Source: Macrostomum lignano (taxonomy: Eukaryota). Taken from it: DNA of 64,000 bases. Numbering within the stretch: the stretch's first letter is position 1; every line of letters begins with the position of its first letter. The DNA is taken from assembly GCA_002269645.1 (NCBI GenBank), contig NIVC01000685.1:31190-95189 (forward strand), read 5' to 3'. This document shows, piece by piece, positions 52,099 to 61,267 of the stretch. The position numbers were made by a program, and so were the translations under genes. The notes under the pieces are model-generated. The model did not search any database. It saw only the letters and a program-made list of their open reading frames with translations, and was not told the DNA's origin.

Positions 52099-53187
52099 AT
52101 GCCGCCAGCCGGAAGCAGATCCAACCCGACTAATTTAAAGACCCAGGGCGAAAATGTTGCCGACTCTGGTTCCTTCTTTGCACCTATCATGGACAACAAT
52201 CTGTTATTGCTCGTATTTTTCGTAGGAATTATAGTTTTGATTTATCTTAGGCTCCAAAAAAAGACTATATTAAACACACATAAAAATACCGTTACCAATA
52301 TAATCATCGTTGAAAGATTGTACTCTACGTCAAAGAACCTCTGCCGCTGCGAGTACTCTGCGTCAAAGAACCTCTGCCTCTGCGTTCGAAAGTTTTTTAC
52401 TAGGTCTAGAAAGCAAGCAGAAAAACGTGTAAATCGAGGAAACCAGCTGAAGCTTCGTCAAAACTGGCGCGAAGCTGGGCAGGAATTCGAAGCCGCGGCC
52501 GAGCAGTTCTCAAAGCAGAGGCGATGCGAGCTCGATGCGGCCAACAATTACTCGGAGGCTGCGAACTGCTACCGCAAGCTGCCAGACACGAGACCGAAGG
52601 CCGTGCGGTGCCTGCAGCAAGCGGCCGAGATGTACGCAGAGCAGGGCCAGTTCAGCATCGCTGCCAGACAGCTGGAGGAGGCTGGAGAGCTGCTGACTGC
52701 ATCTCAGCAAGTCGAGGAGGCCATCGATGCCTACTTGAGAGCGGCGGACTTCTGGAGCGGCGAGGACAGTCCGGCCAACGCTGCGGGCAGCCGCGCCAAG
52801 GCCGCGGAGTTGATGGCGGACTGCGGGAGGCTGACAGATGCAGCCGCGGTGTTTGAGGATCTGGGAGTGTCGGCTGAGCAGCACAGTCTGTTGAGCTTCG
52901 GAGCCAAGGACCAGCTGGCCAAGAGCTGTCTGTGCCTGCTGTGCTCAGGAGCTGCGGGAGTCGGCGAGAAGGCGGAGCAGCTGGCTGGGCTGTGCGGCTC
53001 GTTCAAGGACACCGACGAGCTCTCGCTGGTGAGGTCGCTGGCTTCGGCTACCGACGCTCGCGACGTCGCAGCCGTCGACGCCGCGCTGTCCGAGTTCGAG
53101 AGGTTCAACAACTTGGACGACTTCGCCAGGAGGAGGCTGCACCAGCTGAGGCAGTTTGTGGCTTCTGGCGGGGTGCAGCTGCAGTAG
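52099..53187 (+). CDS. Alpha-SNAP-like protein B2 (362 aa from ATG 52099; frame open from 51886) with an N-terminal TM helix
   Basis: Intact ORF. The ATG is homologous to the B1 start. TM LLLLVFFVGIIVLIYL is followed by RLQKK and a SNAP domain ending VQLQ*. Confidence 0.9.
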   Translation: MPPAGSRSNPTNLKTQGENVADSGSFFAPIMDNNLLLLVFFVGIIVLIYLRLQKKTILNTHKNTVTNIIIVERLYSTSKNLCRCEYSASKNLCLCVRKFFTRSRKQAEKRVNRGNQLKLRQNWREAGQEFEAAAEQFSKQRRCELDAANNYSEAANCYRKLPDTRPKAVRCLQQAAEMYAEQGQFSIAARQLEEAGELLTASQQVEEAIDAYLRAADFWSGEDSPANAAGSRAKAAELMADCGRLTDAAAVFEDLGVSAEQHSLLSFGAKDQLAKSCLCLLCSGAAGVGEKAEQLAGLCGSFKDTDELSLVRSLASATDARDVAAVDAALSEFERFNNLDDFARRRLHQLRQFVASGGVQLQ

Positions 53188-54046
53188 TTGGGAAGGGTTT
53201 TTGGCGAATGAAGAGAGTTGCGGACGGATTGTTTTTATTCATTGGCAAGGCTGTTTTGTGAACGTTTTCCAGACATTAGCCTGTTTTTCGAAAACAAAAA
53301 ACTCATTTAAACGGTCGCGCACTAAGACTTCAAATATTTGCGGATCTTAGAGCTTGTGGCGGCCAATTCTAATTAAAATCCTGCATCTGCCATTGACTGA
53401 AGGTTTTATCATAATTTCAAGTTTAACCTCAAACTGTAAAATTTCATAAAATAGAGATATCCAATCTGTACCTTTTGTTCAACGAAAGCAGCGTAAAAGT
53501 ACATTTAGGTTTACCATATCGATTATTAAGTATCAATAAATCAATTTCTGTAACAAACTTTTAGCAAAAAATTATTTTTCATATTGTTTTCTTGTCTGAA
53601 TTTTAAACCGAAGAGTTAAAATATAGATGAATTTGTTTGCATCTGTTTGCAGCAACACTCGCTTTCTGTTGGTAATTAGTTATTTTTTTAATAAGCTCGT
53701 GTTTAAGTTAAGACACTTTTAAATTATATGTCTAAATATTGAATTACCGAGATTGAGTAGAATCCTAAAATTGTCAGACTGCAATGCTTTGTAAGTCTTG
53801 GTGCAAATATTTTAGGAGCAGGTCTGGGATTTTTCACATATTTCATTGGGGTGCATATCTTGAATCTCAGTTTTATCGTAGACTCGAGATTAGATCTAAC
53901 TAATATTTCAGCTCTCTTAAACAGGGCTTACAGTGTTGATGCTTATCCCAAAATGGCTTAGGTTTGAACCAATATAAAAATGCATGAAATTAATATTTGT
54001 AATGATCGCTAAAATAGGAAGTATCCTTTTCTCATTGGAGACTGAC

Positions 54047-54404
54047 GGGCTGTGTGCACCCTGGCGCACTTTAAGCGACATTGTCACACAACCGGCGAGA
54101 GGCATTGCTGCCCATTCCGCCGACTCCCCTGAGCAGGCACACAAGCCGCGCGGATACGTACGCAGTCATACGCACAGGCACACACTCACACAGGAGGGTA
54201 CGCGGCCCTAACTTTGTTTATTATTTAGGCATGTACACTTCACTGTGCCTTGGGGGTTGGTCCTCAAGCTGGGCGTTAATTGCACGAGCAGAGCCAAGCC
54301 AAAATTCCAATTTAGCCCCAAGCTAATGTGACTGCACTTGGAATCGAGCCTGGGCCGCTGGCACATGAGGAGAGCGACGCACTAGACCACTGGGCTAAGG
54401 CCCC
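54047..54404 (-). mobile_element. tRNA-derived SINE (~360 bp)
   Basis: The reverse complement begins ggggccttagcccagtggtctag (A box) and contains ggctcgattcc (B box). It is colinear with 60673-61030. Confidence 0.85.
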
Positions 54405-54910
54405 TGAAGTATTGCCTGATTAATTCCGTGAGGGATAATGCAAGCTGCGTTTTTCATTTGCTGACATTTGATTTTGTATTTCAAAGTTAACTAGCTAGTT
54501 AATGAGTCCTGTGTATCTTGTTTTTTGTCTGTTGCGTCTTAGAAGTTTTCTCGTCCAAAATGTTAGGTGAAATTGACGTGTTTTGTTAAAATACAGTAGT
54601 ACCGAAGTTCAAAGCCTCCTAAACAGAACCAGATGTCCCAATCCTTTAGTGTCAGTTGACCTTGAATGGCTCAGAAAACTGACTCCTGAAAAGTCTGTAT
54701 ACTAATACGAGCATTGTTTTCGATTTCATGTTGTCATGGCCCAAATTCGGAGGAAACTATTCCGAGCTGCGCTAAACATTATATTATCCAAATTTTATCT
54801 CCAACTTATTATAAGCGTAGTATTGGCATAATCTCGAACTGTTATTGTCAAGACTTTCTAACCTAATAACATTATTTTTAACTTTAATTTCTGCATGTGG
54901 AACATAAAAA

Positions 54911-55953
54911 ATGAGTAAATCAAAAGCTGCTGATCCAGCAGTCGGGATTGAAGATCAAACAACAGGTCAGCTGGGTCAGCAACCAGTGACTGAAGTTCCC
55001 AAAGCCACTGACCAAAGTACAAGTGGTAAACATCAATCATCAAGTTCATGGTCGAGTAATATTTCAATTGGTTGGAGATGGCTCAAAGATGCAGCCGTGG
55101 CTACACTTCCTGATGCGGATGCTGCTACGTTGCTGATGCAGAGAGCCAACAAATTCGAACAGAAAGAGAAGTGGAGCGAAGCCGGAGACGCATTCTCCCA
55201 AGCTGCAGACAAATTTCGTCATCAAGGTGGCAACACAATTTACGAGCAGGCGGATTGCTATCAAAATGCTGCCAACTGTTTTTGCAAGACGGACAAATCC
55301 AAAGCCGTTCACTACTTTGAGCGAGCAGCTCAACTTTACTGCGAAGTCGGCCAGTTCAGCATTGCGGCCAGACTGATGGAGACAGCCGGTGAGCTGACTG
55401 AGGAATTGGCAAGGAAAAATCTCGCTTCGAATACTCAGAGCAGTTCCGATCCTGAGCTCAGCAGCTTTGAATTCGTAAGCGATGTGAATTCAATGCAAGA
55501 AGCCATAAACCGCTACCAGAAGGCAGCAGACTACTTCAGTGCTGAGAACAGTGTCGCCAGTGCCGCAAGCTGTAGAACCAAACTGGCCATTTTGCTTGGC
55601 GATTCGGACCAATTCCGTGATGCTGCCAACGAATTCGCAAAGCTGGGTGAAAAGGCTCAAGGCCACGATCTGCTTCAGTTCGGAGTCGCTCAAGTCGTGT
55701 CTGTGCCTTGCAATGAATCCTGAAGCCTGCTCAAAACAGGCCGATGAACTGGCAGCCAAGAGCGAGTCATTCGCTAGAAGTGACGAGTTCGCTCTGGTCA
55801 AAGGTCTTGCCGCAGCCAACAGTGTCGATGCTTTCGACAAGGCGGTAGCCGAGTACCAGAGGTCCAAATTTCCCAAAAAATTGGACGAGTTCGACATGCG
55901 CAGGATAACATGCTCGTAAAAGCGTGCAGAGCTCAACGGTCGAGCTTGCTTAG
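54911..55953 (+). pseudogene. Alpha-SNAP-like gene A3, no TM segment, two frameshifts
   Basis: The SNAP domain is closely similar to A1/A2. There is a net 11-nt loss at ~55687 (ggagtcgctcaag versus ggagccaatgatcacatgctcaag), a 9-nt in-frame insertion at ~55860 and a 2-nt deletion at ~55910. The restored frame ends STVELA* (TAG 55951-55953). Confidence 0.85.
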
Positions 55954-56734
55954 AGAGAAAAAGTTGGCTGTTTTTTAATTCGAACCGACTTATACTTTCT
56001 TGTTGGATGAAATTGTTGTGTAGTGTAGTGAGTCATCTATAACAAAACGAGTATATATTTAAATAGTAGCATAAAGAAGACAAGTACAGTATTTTTCCTT
56101 AACAGGTTATTCGGAAAGTTTTTGAACCTCTTTTCGGCTTTGCTTGCTCAAATGTGTTCCTGTGTTTCACTTCATCTTAAGAAATGCCAGTATCTACTCG
56201 TAATAAAGAAAATGTACACCGTATCAGCAGCTTAAGATGACTATTTTTGAGTAAATATTATATATATATATATCTCATTTCATTCTGACTTTTATAGTTC
56301 GTAAAAACTGCATGACCGGATATTTTAGATATTCTAACGATATTTCCTGTATAATAGTTTGATCAAATTGATTTACTAATAGTATGCAGCTATCAAAAAA
56401 CGTTAACAACATGCAAATAATAAATCATTTGTGTCGACTTTAATTTATGACAAAGTACTTCGTTTTTATGTTGTTATTTCTACATTAATTTACAGTTTAG
56501 CGTCTGTTTAGCGTCTGTCGTTCGTCTGTTGAACGAAATACTGGCATCTGCGTATATTTTCTTGCACAGTTTTTCGGAAACCCGCTCTTCTGCTTTTAAT
56601 GATATTCTTATCTTTTAGTCTCTAGTAATTCTCTGACATACTTACATGCACGCTCATCAATAACTATTTAGCAGAGCTTGGCTTTTTTCTCTAATAGCAA
56701 TTCAAATAGACTTTTGCCCCTTTTTCAGATACAA

Positions 56735-57835
56735 ATGCCACTATTTATTAAGAACCTGCTTGAAGGAGTTCAGTGGCTTGGCAATTGGGTCAAACCGTCA
56801 GTTAACTGGTCTCTGCAGACTTTAAAAACCTTGTTAGTACTGGTATGGACCTTTTCTCAGCCAATAATACAATCACTCATTAAGAAAATGCTTGAGCTAC
56901 TTCAGGTGCTGTGCTATTTGGTTAAGGCGTCGGTTTACTGGTTGCTGCACACTTCAAAATCCTGTTTATTTAAAATAGTAGCATTGGTATGGTCCACACT
57001 TCAACCAACATACAACCAACATTATGGTCCACACTTCACTCTATTCGATCAGAGCAACAGAACAGCTTCATCGCCTGTGCAAGAGGGAAATCGTTTAAAG
57101 CTTCAACAAAACTGGAGCAAAGCTGGGCGGGCATTCGAAGCCGCGGCCGAGCAGTTCTCAAAGCAGAGGCGACGCGAGCTCGATGCGGCCAACAATTACT
57201 CGGAGGCTGCGAACTGCTACCGCAAGCTGCCAGACACGAGACCGAAGGCCGTGCGGTGCCTGCAGCAAGCGGCCGAGATGTACGCAGAGCAGGGCCAGTT
57301 CAGCATCGCTGCCAGACAGCTGGAGGAGGCTGGAGACCTGCTGGCTGCATCTCAAGATCAAAGAACCTCTATCGATGCCTACTTGAGAGCGGCAGACTTC
57401 TGGAGCGGCGAGGACAGTCCGGCCAACGCTGCGGGCAGCCGCGCCAAGGCCGCAGAGTTGATGGCGGACTGCGGGAGGCTGGCAGATGCAGCCGCAGTGT
57501 TTGAGGATCTGGGAGTGTCGGCTGAGCAGCACAGTCTGTTGAGCTTCGGAGCCAAGGACCAGCTGGCCAAGAGCTGTCTGTGCCTGCTGTGCTCAGGAGC
57601 TGCGGGAGTCGGCGAGAAGGCGGAGCAGCTGGCTGGGCTGTGCGGCTCGTTCAAGGACACCGACGAGCTCTCGCTGGTGAGGTCGCTGGCTTCGGCTACC
57701 GACGCTCGCGACGTCGCAGCCGTCGACGCCGCGGTGTCCGAGTTCGAGAGGTTCAACAACTTGGACGACTTCGCCAGGAGGAGGCTGCACCAGCTGAGGC
57801 AGTTTGTGGCTTCTGGCGGGGTGCAGCTGCAGTAG
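56735..57835 (+). CDS. Alpha-SNAP-like protein B3 (366 aa) with a Trp/Leu-rich hydrophobic or amphipathic N-terminus
   Basis: Intact ORF from ATG 56735. The N-terminus has an internal duplication (VKPSVNWSLQT..LVW / VKASVYWLLHT..LVW), followed by the B-type SNAP cassette. Confidence 0.88.
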   Translation: MPLFIKNLLEGVQWLGNWVKPSVNWSLQTLKTLLVLVWTFSQPIIQSLIKKMLELLQVLCYLVKASVYWLLHTSKSCLFKIVALVWSTLQPTYNQHYGPHFTLFDQSNRTASSPVQEGNRLKLQQNWSKAGRAFEAAAEQFSKQRRRELDAANNYSEAANCYRKLPDTRPKAVRCLQQAAEMYAEQGQFSIAARQLEEAGDLLAASQDQRTSIDAYLRAADFWSGEDSPANAAGSRAKAAELMADCGRLADAAAVFEDLGVSAEQHSLLSFGAKDQLAKSCLCLLCSGAAGVGEKAEQLAGLCGSFKDTDELSLVRSLASATDARDVAAVDAAVSEFERFNNLDDFARRRLHQLRQFVASGGVQLQ

Positions 57836-58955
57836 TTGGGAAGGGTTTTTGGCGAATGAGGAGAGTTGCGGACGGATTGTTTTTTATTCATTGGCAAGGC
57901 TGTTTTGTGAACGTTTTCCAGACATTAGCGTGTTTTTAAATAACTTTGATCATAACTTTGGTTCATTTTTTTAATCAAAAATGTATGTAGTCCTAATCCT
58001 AGTTGTGTGTTATTTTAATTTTTCATCTATCTGATGCACAATTAGTAATCCATTGTTTAACAAACATTAAAACTGGAATCGGCCTGTTTCATGAGGATCA
58101 GACTAATTATTGATCAATCTCTCAGTTTCCAATGCGCCGAATTCTGCTTTTTACTCGTAAACTGGTTTTTATCCATTTTCCAATCCTTTTTTATTGATTT
58201 TTTGCCGAATTCAGATATTTTTTTATCATTAGTATCGACTTTAAACTACAGGTGTTGTTATACTTCGAAGTGTTTTACATGGTGACATTGATTTCATATT
58301 AAATAACCTTTGTTGTAAAAACATCGCTTTGTATTGTGAAACATCCAGCAGTCTTGCAGGCAACCGGCTGACATGTTAAACTATTTTTAACTTCAAAATA
58401 TTCGTTTCATCAGAACAAAACGTGTGTCAAAGTTTAGTGAAAAAATGTTTTTTAAAAACTTTCCAGCTGATTTTAACAAGTTATCAAATTTACATAGACC
58501 GCGGTCTTTAACCTTCCAGCTTAAAAACGTAAATATGACATTTTTAACAATAAGTTTCTAACTAAACCTGTTTGACAGCTGTTTATTTAAATTTTGTAGA
58601 TTATAATGAATGAGACTTTTTTAGTTCACGTCTCCCTAATACTCGTGTCTGGATGCTGTATTTTGTTTGTCTATTTAAAATAAATAAGAATGCCGCCTCC
58701 ATCAGATCTCATTTAATAGAATACAAATTAGTTGAACACGTGGTTAGAGCTACATAGTTTGACAGAATCTGTATCTGACGAATATTTGTTAAAGTGATGA
58801 TGCTATGCTGACAGCTATATTCAGTGTATATCAAGTCATTTTTAGCATTCAAAATCAGTCGGTGTAGATCAAAGAACACTTCAAAACGTTTTATTGCCAT
58901 TTTCATTCCCGTTTTTCTGTTTTAAAACCGCGGCTCCCACCTGCGTCTCACAGCT

Positions 58956-59978
58956 ATGAAAATTGGACGTCTACAGAACTCCAGCGCAAGTTGTGTTCAC
59001 ATATACATACAGCTCTACTACCGTTATACTTCATCAGGCAGTTCTAATCTAACAAAGAGCTGCAACTATACTGAACTAGAACATCATCGGGCTACGACAA
59101 CTACTGATGAAATTTCGGTTGTTTGCTCATGGTGGTTAGCAGTGCTGCTATCATCATTGATGCTTTGGCTTCTATATCAAGTCAAGAAAATTGCAACAGG
59201 AGAAACAGCGGAGAACTTGGTTGCCAAAGGAATCAAACACAAAGCCGATAAAACTTGGAGCGAAGCTGGACAGGCATTCGAAGCCGCGGCCGAGCAGTTC
59301 TCAAAGCAGAGACGATGCGAGCTCGATGCGGCCAACAATTACTCGGAGGCTGCGAACTGCTACCGCAAGCTGCCAGACACGAGACCGAAGGCCGTGCGGT
59401 GCCTGCAGCAAGCGGCCAAGATGTACGCAGAGCAGGGCCAGTTCAGCATCGCTGCCAGACAGCTGGAGGAGGCTGGAGACCTGCTGGCTGCATCTCAAGA
59501 TCAAAGAAACGCCATCGATGCCTACTTGAGAGCGGCGGACTTCTGGAGCGGCGAGGACAGTCCGGCCAGCGCTGCGGGCAGCCGCGCCAAGGCCGCGGAG
59601 TTGATGGCGGACTGCGGGAGGCTGGCAGAGGCAGCCGCGGTGTTTGAGGATCTGGGAGTGTCGGCTGAGCAGCACAGTCTGTTGAGCTTCGGAGCCAAGG
59701 ACCACCTGGCCAAGAGCTGTCTGTGCCTGCTGTGCTCAGGAGCTGCGGGAGTCGGCGAGAAGGCGGAGCAGCTGGCTGGGCGGTGCGGCTCGTTCAAGGA
59801 CACCGACGAGCTCTCGCTGGTGAGGTCACTGGCTTCGGGTACCGACGCTCGCGACGTCGCAGCCGTCGACGCCGCGGTGGCCGAGTTCGAGAGGTTCAAC
59901 AACTTGGACGACTTCGCCAGGAGGAGGCTGGACCAGCTGAGGCAGTTTGTGGCTACTGGAGGGGTGCAGCTGCAGTAG
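58956..59978 (+). CDS. Alpha-SNAP-like protein B4 (340 aa) with an N-terminal TM helix
   Basis: Intact ORF. TM ISVVCSWWLAVLLSSLMLWLLY is followed by QVKK and the B cassette ending VQLQ*. Confidence 0.88.
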   Translation: MKIGRLQNSSASCVHIYIQLYYRYTSSGSSNLTKSCNYTELEHHRATTTTDEISVVCSWWLAVLLSSLMLWLLYQVKKIATGETAENLVAKGIKHKADKTWSEAGQAFEAAAEQFSKQRRCELDAANNYSEAANCYRKLPDTRPKAVRCLQQAAKMYAEQGQFSIAARQLEEAGDLLAASQDQRNAIDAYLRAADFWSGEDSPASAAGSRAKAAELMADCGRLAEAAAVFEDLGVSAEQHSLLSFGAKDHLAKSCLCLLCSGAAGVGEKAEQLAGRCGSFKDTDELSLVRSLASGTDARDVAAVDAAVAEFERFNNLDDFARRRLDQLRQFVATGGVQLQ

Positions 59979-60672
59979 TTGGAAAGGGTTTTGTGCGATT
60001 CAAATTTTATTGAGAAACACATTTTAGTGTGCATACGAAAGTTGAATAGTTATTTCAAGGTACCGTAGGTTCTAATATCCTTGTTTGTTATAGACCGTCA
60101 ATTTTATGCCAGTGATTTTTTACTCTATATTTAATTAGTGGCGTTACTTATATAAGACCGAATTAGTAGAAAGCTGTAAACATTATCCTTACGAGTTGTA
60201 TAGCATTGTAATATTTCGGTAGCTTGCTTGTTTTGTCTCCAGAATTCAAAAGGTACGTAATTTCACTTGCATATTTTTTCAGTCTGCTTGCATTATTGAA
60301 TCATTTTAAGCTGTAGCTGGTTATGATGCTGCTGTGAAATTTAAGTGCCGCATCATGCCTATTCCGTCTTGAGCCCGACAAAGAAAACTAGCATCGATCG
60401 TTGCCATGTAGCTAATTACTGTGCTATTTCTTAGATTGCTTGCTTCCTAGCTAAAAATTTGTCGGTTTTTTCATTTTAGCCGTACGCAAAGAATTGTCTC
60501 AATCGTTGTAGAAATTAATAGTTTAAAAAAGAAACTGTTGTTCTAATCTTCTACATTCAAAAGTTGACCCAAAAGTTGTTTAAATGCCTCGATATACTGT
60601 GCTCGTTTCATCTAAGTTGCAAAACATATCTGCAGGTTTGAATTTTCGCCAGAAAAATTTACGCAATTGGTT

Positions 60673-61040
60673 GGGAGACGTAGCCCAGTGGTCCAGCGCG
60701 GCGCTCTGGTGTGCCAGCGGCCCAGGCTCGATTCCAAGTGCAGTCACATTAATATTGGAGCTAAATTGGAACCTCGGCTTGGCTCTGCTCGTGCAATTAA
60801 CGCCCAGCTTGAGGGCCAACCCCCAAGGCACAGTGAAGTGTACATGCCTAACGATAAACAAAGTTAGGGCCGCTGTACACTCCTGTGAGTGTGTGCCTGT
60901 GCGTATGACTGCGTACGTATCCCCGCGCTTGTGCACCTGCTCAGGGGAGTCGGCGGAATGGGGGCAGTAATGCCTCTCGCCGGTTGTGTGACAATGTCGC
61001 TTAAAGTGCGCCAGGGTGCACACAGCCCTATGCCTCTAAA
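60673..61040 (+). mobile_element. tRNA-derived SINE (~365 bp)
   Basis: A box TAGCCCAGTGG at 60681-60691 and B-box-like GGCTCGATTCC at 60725-60735. An inverted second copy lies at 54047-54404. Confidence 0.85.
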
Positions 61041-61267
61041 ACCTTAACGTAACGTCTGCCTCACTTCCTACAAGCTGCCAGTGTTGATCAAAGAAACCAA
61101 GAACTATGTTCCCGTTCCATGTTTAAAGAGCTTAGGAACAGATAATATCTTTATGTTCCAACTTCATTTTAACGCTATTTTCAATATCACTATTCACCCT
61201 TTTTTCAGTGCATTTTCACCCAAAGCATACTAAAGAACATCTGTTTAATAACTCGCAAGAATCAAGA

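Larger units (their letters stand above)
41600..53850 (+). other. Tandem segmental duplication of an A+B gene pair (about 41.6-46.7 kb versus 49.1-53.85 kb)
   Basis: Intergenic DNA after A1 (42487-43560) aligns by eye with that after A2 (49972-51030). The B1 and B2 upstream and downstream flanks are likewise homologous. Confidence 0.9.

Noticed and set aside
60673-60750. Possible tRNA gene
   Set aside because: A and B boxes are present, but the sequence continues into a ~290-bp body repeated elsewhere and I could not fold a full cloverleaf. It is better explained as a SINE head.
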